A DNA stretch of 63,698 nt, filler included, from Nemertoderma westbladi (Eukaryota; Animalia; Xenacoelomorpha), in the NCBI GenBank assembly GCA_032718475.1. It is 3 parts of 3 records of this genome, joined end to end, with 100 filler letters (N's around TTAATTAATTAA, not from the genome) between each part and the next. Parts side by side here need not be neighbours in the genome. Positions count along the whole stretch, not along the records: positions 1 to 20,505 come from JAUCBJ010005725.1; 2 more parts are not named here. One strand, written 5' to 3'. Positions 1 through 13,983 of the stretch are shown piece by piece. The notes under the pieces were generated by a model, which ran no database searches, was not told where the DNA came from, and saw only the letters and a list, made by a program, of their open reading frames with translations. The translations under genes and the position numbers were made by a program. Numbering within the stretch: position 1 is the stretch's first letter; every line of letters starts with the position of its first letter.

Positions 1-1374
1 CCCACCAAGTAAAAAATTCCTTATCCTGAAGCCCAATTACTTAATGGTATAATGCAGATGCAGTAAAGAGTTGTTACTGATAAGAGCCAACAAAAGATAT
101 CTATCAAATTTTATTTTGAACGGATTAAAAACTAAGAAAGGGAGGGAACTTAGTGTCGATACATTTAGCAAATAGAAGAAACAAACGTAAAAATAGGAAT
201 TTTATTAATAGGAGGGCAAACATTATCTCGGCTTTACTTTATACAGTATAACAAAAACCCAGACGAATTTAGTTTGTAAAGAAAGTATCAGAAAAACTTA
301 CAAAGTATAATTTTATATATCAGATGATACATTCCAGTTGTTTAAGTCTACACTATACCTACTATAAGTCTACACTACACTATACCCCCTACGGTTTATT
401 GTACATGTCTCCAATGTGGTTGAAAAATGGATAGAAAACGATATACCATCGGAAAGAGGATCATCAAAAGTACATAAAAATTTGAAAAAAAAATAAGTTT
501 TTGACGCCCTCTAGCGGCCTGCGTGAGCTTTAAAACATTTCACTACAAAGACTACTCGACCATTATTTTCCGATATTTTTATTTTTTTTTCATTTTCCGA
601 TACCACATTTTTTGGACCCAGAATGTTCATTTCATCATATTTTTCACGCACTTTTAGTATTTTCGTTTCATATTTCTGATAATTGGCAATATTGTAAATA
701 AAAATTCAAAATTTTTTAAAAACTGAAAAAACCCATGTTTTTCATAATTTTTCATTAAAAAAATGGGGAAATAATATTGAATTAAGAAAAGTGGGTGAAA
801 TTTATTGAAGCTTATGAAATTACCTTTCATATAAAGCAAAAATTGAAAAAAAACGGTTAAGAATTGGCGGAGGAGTATTTTTCATGCGAATAAATGTCAT
901 TCTGAGATAATTGACTTCATAACTATTTACATCATTGTGTGCAAAGTAGCACTTTACAGCGTTATGACCCGAGTTTATTTATGTATTAGTTTATTTTACA
1001 TAAATAAACAAGGGTCTTTAACGATGAAAAGTGACCTTTGCAAGCAAGTAATTCACCAGAACGCTGTTAAGTTGACATAATGTAACAAAATCTGTCAAAT
1101 TTCATCCAATGTCATAAAATTATCATAATACTAGACTATTGAAATGAATCATAAAAACATGTTCTAGAAAACTTTTATTGTAAAATAACTTCTAAAATAA
1201 ATTATTTTAAAAACGTGCGCCTATTCAATTTAGTAGGTAGAATGCAGCTTTGGTGATAATCTTTAGTAGGTCATACTAATGGAATACGGTAGTTAATGTT
1301 AAAACTCTAAAACTGGTGATAAATATGAATCTAGCAATGTGTCGAACTAGACGGGTAGCTACGTGGATGTGGGA

Positions 1375-1662
1375 AAAAAAGTAAAAAAAAAAGTAAATTT
1401 TCTTCGACCGCTAGGCCAGGGATTACGCACAAAGTCTGACGACTTATTTCCAGTGGGGTCCCCCCAGAACTTTACTCCCCAGAGGAAACTCCAGTACTCA
1501 TTTATCTACCACTTAAGGATGCAAGGCAGAGATGCGCCCTGGCTGGTCCCTTTAAAGCATTCGTGCCGAAACGAAAACTGCCCTGGCCCATGTGAGGATC
1601 GAACCCACGACCTACAGTACGGGAGATGTGAATTCAATGCGACCACTACACCAAGGTGGAAC
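1375..1662 (-). mobile_element. tRNA-derived SINE with Nin/Deu-like core
   Basis: Minus strand reads TGGTGTAGTGG (A box), GGTTCGATCC (B box), then CCTTGCATCCTTAAGTGGTAGATAAATGAGTAC, resembling the Nin/Deu SINE core; boundaries approximate. Confidence 0.65.
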
Positions 1663-3013
1663 CTTGGTTGAAAGTTTTACCCAATGAGAACCGTGGATGC
1701 TTGAGATATTCCATACACAGTAGTTTATGAGGATTATATTGGTATATACTGTATTAAATAAGTAATAATAATAATCACATAATTAATAGTAATACTATAA
1801 TATCAAAAGATGTGTCCAAAGAAAATTATACTGTAATAGTGGATGACGTCATTATGATCTATTTATTTACTGTATAATCGGCCTGCTGCACTGCAGCTGC
1901 ATATCTCAATTATATTAATTAACTAACTCCCAAAGGTTTGTAACGAGTAAGGACCAAACACATCCCCGGCCCAACAATATACACCATGTTGGCATAAAGT
2001 TTTAGCTTTGGTTGTAATTGAAGGGGTTATTTTATTTCTTGGAATCTTTCTTATTCCGTACTGAATATCGGAATAATTCCCCAATAATTGGATAATAATA
2101 TTTATTATTATTCAGCGAGTCAAGTTTATTATAATATAATATACCCAAGATACAGAGAGTAGTTGTAGTGCTAGTGGTAGTGGCCCATAATAATGTGACA
2201 ACAACATTTTAACCGTCACGTGATGTGCTGATATAAATCTTGTGAGAAAGGAAATTATGTCTAATTTAGTTTGCTTTCTTTCTTTCTGGGAATGCCCTCA
2301 AGCTATTGGCATTCCTAATTCCATGGTAATAACTATAAACCAATGGGGGAAAGGATGTGAACAACGCCCACCACAGAATGCGAATGCTTGCATGAAGTAG
2401 GCGTCATTCTGTCATTCTTAAGAAAGAGTTTATTGTGCGAATGGTGTTGTATTGTACTGGGGCTGTTAGCTGGGCATCAGGTTAGGAAAGTTTATGGGGG
2501 ATGTTCATTATTTATTTTATTGATATACAATATACATTGTGCTATTAGTATATTAAATACAGTTATCATCGTTTAGCTGTTTAGTAAGCGTGGCACTACT
2601 GGGAGTTTCCAGTTGTACCGGTAGCAGACTTTGTTGGCTACAGTTTACCGTAGTTACTGCATGCATTATTATCCCTTTGAACAATTCTGCATTTAGCATT
2701 TGTATAATTTGCATAAATAATATTGCAGGTTGACACCTTGCAGCTTTGCAGCCTTGAAAGTTTGCCTACGTTTGCTGGTTTGCAATTTCGATGCTAGAAC
2801 TGATTTACTGGAGAGTCTGTGTAATCTTTTAACTTTTGTGTATCCAGGAATCTCAGTATCTGGCTATCTGGGTATACCATACCGGTACCGTATGCCGTAC
2901 TCGTACAACAACCGCATGAAATTTAATGCTAATTTTAGGTCTACTGCACTGGCAGACTGGTCTGTAGGTTTGCAATGCCCATTGCAGCATTGCAGCATTG
3001 GAAATGGTAAATA

Positions 3014-3380
3014 ATGTCCGACATAGAATTGGAGGCTGAAATTGTTTCTGCATCTTTCGAAATTAAACGCGTCAACTACAATGTGAAGCTGTTTGCGGAC
3101 CGCGTGGTATACACGCATGATGTTGTTCCTAACTGGGAATCCATTGCTCAACCGTCCACGTTGGCGTTGACCAACGTGATCGGCTGTAAATCCCTGTCCG
3201 ACAACCGATCTGCTTGTTTAATTATCTATGCATTCACAGCTGGACGTAAAGGCCAGCTGGTTAAACAGGATTTTGTGCTACGCAGAGTGGATCGCGATGT
3301 AACTGTAACTGATCTCTGGGCCAGGATCATTCGTCTACTATTGGCCGGGGTGTTTCCTATCTCGGACTTGCCGCAAATAG
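3014..3380 (+). CDS. SPHK: Sphingosine kinase exon 1 (N-terminal PH-like region)
   Basis: ATG at 3014; donor AG|GTTAGT at 3381; phase 1 joins in frame to exon 2. Confidence 0.8.
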
Positions 3381-3709
3381 GTTAGTAACTTAGGCCTAAT
3401 CCGAAAGTAGCGTGTCAACCAGTCTACCGCCTGACCGGCGGAAACATTGTGACTTATAAGATTATAGCGTCATTATTGTCGATCCCCGGGTCTGCCCAGA
3501 CCCACAATGGAGTTACTGGCGTGGCGGCGATGAATCACTGCAAACACAAATTATAGCAAGTTCCTCAATGTAACAGATTGAAATATGAAACATTAATGGA
3601 AAGGAACAGGTTACATTGGCGGTGATTATTATACTATTAGTTAGTTAGGCCTATATTATTACCGGTGCCGGTATTTCTACCAATAATATTAATTAATTGT
3701 GTCTCCCAG

Positions 3710-3859
3710 ATCTATTGAACCTCCCCGAGGTCCCCCAGCGGTCGTTTCTCGTCTTTATTAACCCCAACGCCGGTAGCGGCGCTGGTGTGTCGCTGTTTAA
3801 ACGGAAAATCAAAGGATTTCTTACGGCCGCTGGAATCTGTTTCGATACCATCGTAACAG
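3710..3859 (+). CDS. SPHK: Sphingosine kinase exon 2 (C1 motif)
   Basis: CAG acceptor 3707-3709; FLVFINPNAGSG; donor G|GTGAGG at 3860. Confidence 0.92.
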
Positions 3860-4081
3860 GTGAGGACGTTATTATGTAAACCGAACGGCTGCGGCTGATA
3901 AAAATAACTACATGGAACTTCTATTCGGGTTGAATTTATCACATTTTTAATACAATAGGAATTAATTAATTACCGGTACCCTAATTATTACCAATATAGT
4001 TACCGGTAGCTCCTAATTCAGTAACACTGTAACTCATGGCACCACTCACACCTTGCCTCCTATAATATATAAACTTTGTAG

Positions 4082-4292
4082 AATACGCGGGCCACGCTAA
4101 GGAGTTGGTACAGCGTGTCGACGTCTACGTCTACTCGGGACTGGTCGTCTGTGGCGGGGACGGCACGGTACACGAGCTACTCAACGGGTTGATGGCGCGG
4201 CCTGATTGGTCCAGAGCGATCCGACTACCCGTCGGGGTTCTACCGACCGGGAGTGGGAACGCCTTCGCGTGGAGTCAAATATACGATCGGCA
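4082..4292 (+). CDS. SPHK: Sphingosine kinase exon 3 (C2/C3 ATP-binding motifs)
   Basis: TAG acceptor; spliced TEYAGHAKE, then CGGDGTVHELLNGL and LPTGSGNAFA; donor CA|GTGAGT at 4293. Confidence 0.95.
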
Positions 4293-4307
4293 GTGAGTCA
4301 CTGTCTG

Positions 4308-5035
4308 TAGTAACCGTGGTAACGTGTTGTACTTGTAACCGTGGTAACGTGTTGTACTTGTAACCGTGGTAACGTGTTGTACTTGTAACCGTGGTAACGT
4401 GTTGTACTAGTAACCGTGGTAACGTGTTGTACTAGTAACCGTGGTAACGTGTTGTACTAGTAACCGTGGTAACGTGTTGTACTAGTAACCGTGGTAACGT
4501 GTTGTACTAGTAACCGTGGTAACGTGTTGTACTTGTAACCGTGGTAACGTGTTGTACTTGTAACCGTGGTAACGTGTTGTACTTGTAACCGTGGTAACGT
4601 GTTGTACTAGTAACCGTGGTAACGTGTTGTACTAGTAACCGTGGTAACGTGTTGTACTAGTAACCGTGGTAACGTGTTGTACTAGTAACCGTGGTAACGT
4701 GTTGTACTTGTAACCGTGGTAACGTGTTGTACTAGTAACCGTGGTAACGTGTTGTACTAGTAACCGTGGTAACGTGTTGTACTTGTAACCGTGGTAACGT
4801 GTTGTACTTGTAACCGTGGTAACGTGTTGTACTAGTAACCGTGGTAACGTGTTGTACTTGTAACCGTGGTAACGTGTTGTACTTGTAACCGTGGTAACGT
4901 GTTGTACTTGTAACCGTGGTAACGTGTTGTACTAGTAACCGTGGTAACGTGTTGTACTAGTAACCGTGGTAACGTGTTGTACTTGTAACCGTGGTAACGT
5001 GTTGTACTTGTAACCGTGGTAACGTGTTGTACTAG
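4308..5035. repeat. 25-bp tandem array (~29 units) at the start of SPHK intron 3
   Basis: Unit GTAACCGTGGTAACGTGTTGTACT(A/T). Confidence 0.97.
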
Positions 5036-5160
5036 AACTCCTCTCATATAATAGTACCGAAATCTTGATTATGTAAATTCCGCACGATAAGTCCGGGGGT
5101 GTAGAATCCGGGACAAAAATCGGGTACATAAAGTCCGGGACGTAAAGTTCCTATAGCCAT

Positions 5161-5320
5161 GGGTACAGTACTGGTACTTTACCCAGTACAGTACCGGTAC
5201 TGTACCCAGTACAGTACCGGTACTGTACCCAGTACAGTACCGGTACTGTACTGGGTAAAGTACCAGTACCGGTACTGTAGTACAGTACCGGTACTGTACC
5301 CAGTACAGTACCGGTACTGT
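5161..5320. repeat. Palindromic short-unit repeat cluster
   Basis: 23-bp units containing the 20-bp palindrome GTACAGTACCGGTACTGTAC, with an internal inversion. Confidence 0.85.
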
Positions 5321-5568
5321 TGTAGCAGAATGTGTCCAATGATGAACCCCATCCTTGCGCTCTTAGTACTTCTGGCTGCGCCATTGGTTCGTTCTGTGCG
5401 GCAGCGATAGAAGTGTGATTGACATCTGTTGGGCTGAGGACATCGAGATATTTATATGTCACTTTTTCTCTTACACGAACGTTTTTTTTCCCATATAATA
5501 CGTAATTTTATTCTTAAATTGGTATTTTTTGTTGCTCAATATATAAATTATAGAGCGATATAGTGTTA

Positions 5569-5725
5569 GTCCGCGTTCACACTACCGAGTCAAAGTTAAA
5601 ATAAATATAGTAATACATTATAAAGGCTTAATATAATACATAAGGGCGTTCTAGAAAAAATTAAATTTCATGTGATGTGATTTACATTTTGTCTTTGACT
5701 TTGACTCGGTAGTGCGAACACGGCC
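5569..5725. mobile_element. MITE, PIF/Harbinger-like
   Basis: ~28-bp TIRs GTCCGCGTTCACACTACCGAGTCAAAGT / ACTTTGACTCGGTAGTGCGAACACGGCC, flanked by TTA and TAA. Confidence 0.65.
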
Positions 5726-6336
5726 TAACTCAATGTTAATAATTTAGTGTTCTATAATATTTATTACGTAACTAGAGAGCCGCTTAGCTACATAAACCAA
5801 TATTGGATATTGAGTTCCGTTTTGTAGTTCCCCTTACAGACACTAAAGTTGCAATATTTTTGAAAGGATTTTTTCTTCTCTACTATAAACCTTTTCTACT
5901 TTGATTCTCTTTCAACACATTTAATAAAATTTAAGAATTTTTTCGCATTTTCTTATTTTACTTTTTTTCGCTGGGAAAAAAAGTAAAATCATTGATATCC
6001 TATGGGTTACAGTTCCGGGGTTCCCGTGGGAAAAAGTACTGCTTTTCCGAATTTATGGCATATTTGAGTGAAAAAGTAACAGTAAGAATAATAATTATGT
6101 ACTTTACTTATCGTACAGATAATGTAGCACTTTATGTTACTGTAGGCCTACGTAACATTCAACTTACAAAGACTCCGATTATTGGTTTACATTGCGTTGT
6201 AAGTAATCATATATTATTAAATTAGATACACCCAGGGTCCTATGATGATAACTATCATCCTTGCACAGAAATGAATTCGCTATTAACTGAATTTAATTGT
6301 TTAGGTTAGGAATTCAGTTAATCTGTGTAATTCGGT

Positions 6337-9300
6337 GTAGAAACCAGGCTACTGAGGACCTGTTAGTTACTGTAGGTAGATAAACCAACCAACATTGAAG
6401 GTAATCAGTAGAAACCAGGCTACTGAGGACCTGTTAGTTACTGTAGGTAGATAAACCAACCAACATTGTATGTAATCAGTAGAAACCAGGCTACTGAGGA
6501 CCTGTTAGTTACTGTAGGTAGATAAACCAACCAACATTGTAGGTAATCAGTAGAAACAAGGCTACTGAGGACCTGTTAGTTACAGTAGGTAGATAAACCA
6601 ACCAACATTGTATGTAATCAGTAGAAACCAGGCTACTGAGGACCTGTTAGTTACTGTAGGTAGATAAACCAACCAACATTGTATGTAATCAGTAGAAACC
6701 AGGCTACTGAGGATCTGTTAGTTACTGTAGGTAGATAAACCAACCAACATTGTATGTAATCAGTAGAAACAAGGCTACTGAGGACCTGTTAGTTACTGTA
6801 GGTAGATAAACCAACCAACATTGTAGGTAATCAGTAGAAACAAGGCTACTGAGGACCTGTTAGTTACTGTAGGTAGATAAACCAACCAACATTGTATGTA
6901 ATCAGTAGAAACCAGGCTACTGAGGACCTGTTAGTTACTGTAGGTAGATAAACCAACCAACATTGTAGGTAATCAGTAGAAACCAGGCTACTGAGGACCT
7001 GTTAGTTACTGTAGGTAGATAAACCAACCAACATTGTAGGTAATCAGTAGAAACAAGGCTACTGAGGACCTGTTAGTTACTGTAGGTAGATAAACCAACC
7101 AACATTGTAGGTAATCAGTAGAAACAAGGCTACTGAGGACCTGTTAGTTACTGTAGGTAGATAAACCAACCAACATTGTATGTAATCAGTAGAAACCAGG
7201 CTACTGAGGACCTGTTAGTTACTGTAGGTAGATAAACCAACCAACATTGTAGGTAATCAGTAGAAACCAGGCTACTGAGGACATGTTAGTTACTGTAGGT
7301 AGATAAACCAACCAACATTGTAGGTAATCAGTAGAAACAAGGCTACTGAGGACCTGTTAGTTACTGTAGGTAGATAAACCAACCAACATTGTATGTAATC
7401 AGTAGAAACCAGGCTACTGAGGACCTGTTAGTTACAGTAGGTAGATAAACCAACCAACATTGTATGTAATCAGTAGAAACCAGGCTACTGAGGACCTGTT
7501 AGTTACTGTAGGTAGATAAACCAACCAACATTGTATGTAATCAGTAGAAACCAGGCTACTGAGGACCTGTTAGTTACTGTAGGTAGATAAACCAACCAAC
7601 ATTGTAGGTAATCAGTAGAAACCAGGCTACTGAGGACCTGTTAGTTACTGTAGGTAGATAAACCAACCAACATTGTAGGTAATCAGTAGAAACCAGGCTA
7701 CTGAGGACCTGTTAGTTACTGTAGGTAGATAAACCAACCAACATTGTAGGTAATCAGTAGAAACCAGGCTACTGAGGACCTGTTAGTTACTGTAGGTAGA
7801 TAAACCAACCAACATTGTAGGTAATCAGTAGAAACCAGGCTACTGAGGACCTGTTAGTTACTGTAGGTAGATAAACCAACCAACATTGTATGTAATCAGT
7901 AGAAACCAGGCTACTGAGGACCTGTTAGTTACTCTAGGTAGATAAACCAACCAACATTGTAGGTAATCAGTAGAAACCAGGCTACTGAGGACCTGTTAGT
8001 TACTGTAGGTAGATAAACCAACCAACATTGTATGTAATCAGTAGAAACCAGGCTACTGAGGACCTGTTAGTTACTGTAGGTAGATAAACCAACCAACATT
8101 GTAGGTAATCAGTAGGTAGATAAACCAACCAACATTGTAGGTAATCAGTAGAAACCAGGCTACTGAGGACCTGTTAGTTACTGTAGGTAGATAAACCAAC
8201 CAACATTGTAGGTAATCAGTAGAAACCAGGCTACTGAGGACCTGTTAGTTACTGTAGGTAGATAAACCAACCAACATTGTAGGTAATCAGTAGAAACCAG
8301 GCTACTGAGGACCTGTTAGTTACTGTAGGTAGATAAACCAACCAACATTGTAGGTAATCAGTAGAAACCAGGCTACTGAGGACCTGTTAGTTACTGTAGG
8401 TAGATAAACCAACCAACATTGTATGTAATCAGTAGAAACCAGGCTACTGAGGACCTGTTAGTTACTGTAGGTAGATAAACGAACCAACATTGTATGTAAT
8501 CAGTAGAAACCAGGCTACTGAGGACCTGTTAGTTACTCTAGGTAGATAAACCAACCAACATTGTAGGTAATCAGTAGAAACCAGGCTACTGAGGACCTGT
8601 TAGTTACTGTAGGTAGATAAACCAACCAACATTGTAGGTAATCAGTAGGTAGATAAACCAACCAACATTGTAGGTAATCAGTAGAAACCAGGCTACTGAG
8701 GACCTGTTAGTTACTGTAGGTAGATAAACCAACCAACATTGTATGTAATCAGTAGAAACCAGGCTACTGAGGACCTGTTAGTTACTGTAGGTAGATAAAC
8801 CAACCAACATTGTAGGTAATCAGTAGGTAGATAAACCAACCAACATTGTAGGTAATCAGTAGAAACCAGGCTACTGAGGACCTGTTAGTTACTGTAGGTA
8901 GATAAACCAACCAACATTGTAGGTAATCAGTAGAAACCAGGCTACTGAGGACCTGTTAGTTACTGTAGGTAGATAAACCAACCAACATTGTAGGTAATCA
9001 GTAGAAACCAGGCTACTGAGGACCTGTTAGTTACTGTAGGTAGATAAACCAACCAACATTGTAGGTAATCAGTAGAAACCAGGCTACTGAGGACCTGTTA
9101 GTTACTGTAGGTAGATAAACCAACCAACATTGTATGTAATCAGTAGAAACCAGGCTACTGAGGACCTGTTAGTTACTGTAGGTAGATAAACCAACCAACA
9201 TTGTAGGTAATCAGTAGAAACCAGGCTACTGAGGACCTGTTAGTTACTGTAGGTAGATAAACGAACCAACATTGTATGTAATCAGTAGAAACCAGGCTAC

Positions 9301-12300
9301 TGAGGACCTGTTAGTTACTCTAGGTAGATAAACCAACCAACATTGTAGGTAATCAGTAGAAACCAGGCTACTGAGGACCTGTTAGTTACTGTAGGTAGAT
9401 AAACGAACCAACATTGTATGTAATCAGTAGAAACCAGGCTACTGAGGACCTGTTAGTTACTGTAGGTAGATAAACCAACCAACATTGTATGTAATCAGTA
9501 GAAACCAGGCTACTGAGGACCTGTTAGTTACTGTAGGTAGATAAACGAACCAACATTGTATGTAATCAGTAGAAACCAGGCTACTGAGGACCTGTTAGTT
9601 ACTCTAGGTAGATAAACCAACCAACATTGTAGGTAATCAGTAGAAACCAGGCTACTGAGGACCTGTTAGTTACTGTAGGTAGATAAACCAACCAACATTG
9701 TATGTAATCAGTAGAAACCAGGCTACTGAGGACCTGTTAGTTACTGTAGGTAGATAAACCAACCAACATTGTAGGTAATCAGTAGGTAGATAAACCAACC
9801 AACATTGTAGGTAATCAGTAGAAACCAGGCTACTGAGGACCTGTTAGTTACTGTAGGTAGATAAACCAACCAACATTGTAGGTAATCAGTAGAAACCAGG
9901 CTACTGAGGACCTGTTAGTTACTGTAGGTAGATAAACCAACCAACATTGTATGTAATCAGTAGAAACCAGGCTACTGAGGACCTGTTAGTTACTGTAGGT
10001 AGATAAACCAACCAACATTGTATGTAATCAGTAGAAACCAGGCTACTGAGGACCTGTTAGTTACTGTAGGTAGATAAACCAACCAACATTGTAGGTAATC
10101 AGTAGGTAGATAAACCAACCAACATTGTAGGTAATCAGTAGAAACCAGGCTACTGAGGACCTGTTAGTTACTGTAGGTAGATAAACCAACCAACATTGTA
10201 GGTAATCAGTAGAAACCAGGCTACTGAGGACCTGTTAGTTACTGTAGGTAGATAAACCAACCAACATTGTATGTAATCAGTAGAAACCAGGCTACTGAGG
10301 ACCTGTTAGTTACTGTAGGTAGATAAACCAACCAACATTGTAGGTAATCAGTAGGTAGATAAACCAACCAACATTGTAGGTAATCAGTAGAAACCAGGCT
10401 ACTGAGGACCTGTTAGTTACTGTAGGTAGATAAACCAACCAACATTGTAGGTAATCAGTAGAAACCAGGCTACTGAGGACCTGTTAGTTACTGTAGGTAG
10501 ATAAACCAACCAACATTGTATGTAATCAGTAGAAACCAGGCTACTGAGGACCTGTTAGTTACTGTAGGTAGATAAACCAACCAACATTGTATGTAATCAG
10601 TAGAAACCAGGCTACTGAGGACCTGTTAGTTACTGTAGGTAGATAAACCAACCAACATTGTATGTAATCAGTAGGTAGATAAACCAACCAACATTGTAGG
10701 TAATCAGTAGGTAGATAAACCAACCAACATTGTATGTAATCAGTAGAAACCAGGCTACTGAGGACCTGTTAGTTACTGTAGGTAGATAAACCAACCAACA
10801 TTGTATGTAATCAGTAGAAACCAGGCTACTGAGGACCTGTTAGTTACTGTAGGTAGATAAACCAACCAACATTGTAGGTAATCAGTAGAAACCAGGCTAC
10901 TGAGGACCTGTTAGTTACTGTAGGTAGATAAACCAACCAACATTGTATGTAATCAGTAGAAACCAGGCTACTGAGGACCTGTTAGTTACTGTAGGTAGAT
11001 AAACCAACCAACATTGTATGTAATCAGTAGAAACCAGGCTACTGAGGACCTGTTAGTTACTGTAGGTAGATAAACCAACCAACATTGTATGTAATCAGTA
11101 GAAACCAGGCTACTGAGGACCTGTTAGTTACTGTAGGTAGATAAACCAACCAACATTGTATGTAATCAGTAGAAACCAGGCTACTGAGGACCTGTTAGTT
11201 ACTGTAGGTAGATAAACCAACCAACATTGTATGTAATCAGTAGAAACCAGGCTACTGAGGACCTGTTAGTTACTGTAGGTAGATAAACCAACCAACATTG
11301 TAGGTAATCAGTAGAAACCAGGCTACTGAGGACCTGTTAGTTACTGTAGGTAGATAAACCAACCAACATTGTATGTAATCAGTAGAAACCAGGCTACTGA
11401 GGACCTGTTAGTTACTGTAGGTAGATAAACCAACCAACATTGTAGGTAATCAGTAGAAACCAGGCTACTGAGGACCTGTTAGTTACTGTAGGTAGATAAA
11501 CCAACCAACATTGTATGTAATCAGTAGAAACCAGGCTACTGAGGACCTGTTAGTTACTGTAGGTAGATAAACCAACCAACATTGTAGGTAATCAGTAGAA
11601 ACCAGGCTACTGAGGACCTGTTAGTTACTGTAGGTAGATAAACCAACCAACATTGTAGGTAATCAGTAGAAACCAGGCTACTGAGGACCTGTTAGTTACT
11701 GTAGGTAGATAAACCAACCAACATTGTATGTAATCAGTAGAAACCAGGCTACTGAGGACCTGTTAGTTACTGTAGGTAGATAAACCAACCAACATTGTAT
11801 GTAATCAGTAGAAACCAGGCTACTGAGGACCTGTTAGTTACTGTAGGTAGATAAACCAACCAACATTGTAGGTAATCAGTAGAAACCAGGCTACTGAGGA
11901 CCTGTTAGTTACTGTAGGTAGATAAACCAACCAACATTGTATGTAATCAGTAGAAACCAGGCTACTGAGGACCTGTTAGTTACTGTAGGTAGATAAACCA
12001 ACCAACATTGTAGGTAATCAGTAGAAACCAGGCTACTGAGGACCTGTTAGTTACTGTAGGTAGATAAACCAACCAACATTGTATGTAATCAGTAGAAACC
12101 AGGCTACTGAGGACCTGTTAGTTACTGTAGGTAGATAAACCAACCAACATTGTATGTAATCAGTAGAAACCAGGCTACTGAGGACCTGTTAGTTACTGTA
12201 GGTAGATAAACCAACCAACATTGTAGGTAATCAGTAGAAACCAGGCTACTGAGGACCTGTTAGTTACTGTAGGTAGATAAACCAACCAACATTGTAGGTA

Positions 12301-13156
12301 ATCAGTAGAAACCAGGCTACTGAGGACCTGTTAGTTACTGTAGGTAGATAAACCAACCAACATTGTAGGTAATCAGTAGAAACCAGGCTACTGAGGACCT
12401 GTTAGTTACTGTAGGTAGATAAACCAACCAACATTGTAGGTAATCAGTAGAAACCAGGCTACTGAGGACCTGTTAGTTACTCTAGGTAGATAAACCAACC
12501 AACATTGTAGGTAATCAGTAGAAACCAGGCTACTGAGGACCTGTTAGTTACTGTAGGTAGATAAACCAACCAACATTGTAGGTAATCAGTAGAAACCAGG
12601 CTACTGAGGACCTGTTAGTTACTGTAGGTAGATAAACCAACCAACATTGTAGGTAATCAGTAGAAACCAGGCTACTGAGGACCTGTTAGTTACTGTAGGT
12701 AGATAAACCAACCAACATTGTATGTAATCAGTAGAAACCAGGCTACTGAGGACATGTTAGTTACTGTAGGTAGATAAACCAACCAACATTGTAGGTAATC
12801 AGTAGAAACCAGGCTACTGAGGACCTGTTAGTTACTGTAGGTAGATAAACCAACCAACATTGTATGTAATCAGTAGAAACCAGGCTACTGAGGACATGTT
12901 AGTTACTGTAGGTAGATAAACCAACCAACATTGTAGGTAATCAGTAGAAACAAGGCTACCGAGGACCTGTTAGTTACTGTAGGTAGATAAACCAACCAAC
13001 ATTGTATGTAATCAGTAGAAACCAGGCTACTGAGGACATGTTAGTTACTGTAGGTAGATAAACCAACCAACATTGTAGGTAATCAGTAGAAACAAGGCTA
13101 CTGAGGACCTGTTAGTTACTGTAGGTAGATAAACCAACCAACATTGTAGGTAATCA
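6337..13156. repeat. 71-bp tandem array (~96 units) in SPHK intron 3
   Basis: Unit AGTAGAAACCAGGCTACTGAGGACCTGTTAGTTACTGTAGGTAGATAAACCAACCAACATTGTA(G/T)GTAATC; occasional shortened units. Confidence 0.98.
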
Positions 13157-13755
13157 TGGGATGTTGATAACATAACACAATGTATGTGAAATACCACACT
13201 ATCTAACATTGTATGTGATTGTTGTTGATATGATATTATTTGATGAGTCCAAGGTATCAATCACCTTGGATGTGGATTGTCGATGTATTTAATAGTTTCT
13301 ATGTGGAATTAGCAATGTTTTCTTGACTATTTGCTCTTGAGATTTGATATGTTCGGTAACTATTTATTACAACGGCAATAACATTTGATCGAGATAAGAA
13401 CATTGATAAGTTCCAGGCCTGTTATCTATCATAAGAGTTCTACTGTAAACTAAACGGCCATAATGACCGTAAAGTTGCCTAGAGAAGTCAACTTCCTGTA
13501 AATTATACGGTACGAATATCGGGGTCCGTTACTGGGATACATTTATAAATACATATCGTACTTTACGAGTTATATAAATGTCACGATTTTAAACCAAATG
13601 TTTGTTGTTAATGATGTCATTACTAACTACATTCCAAATCACCCCCGTTTTTGTATAGTAAACCTACTCACGGTTATAATATTACTAACTGCAACACTTT
13701 CTGGCGGGCCACAATATAGTTATTAATTTATTCATCTTCTCATTACTTTTCATAG

Positions 13756-13947
13756 AAAAACATTCCGGAAGTCTACCCTGTTGATGACGTCACTGTTTAG
13801 TCTAATTAAAGGAAGGCCCCGCCCTGTAGATATAATTTATATAGAAACTCAATGGCAATCTTATTACTCATTCTTATCCACAACAACTGGTATAACTGCC
13901 GAAGTAGATATTGGTAGTGAGAGGTTCCGTTGGCTTGGTGATGCAAG
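13756..13947 (+). CDS. SPHK: Sphingosine kinase exon 4 (C4 lipid-binding motif)
   Basis: TTTTCATAG acceptor in the correct phase; GITAEVDIGSERFRWLGDAR; donor AG|GTTAGT at 13948. Confidence 0.92.
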
Positions 13948-13983
13948 GTTAGTTATTAGAAGGTTTACTACTACTAGAGCGAG

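Noticed and set aside
1-1360. AT-rich transposon-like sequence and a 61-aa ORF
   Set aside because: No TIR or TSD could be defined and the ORF is low-complexity
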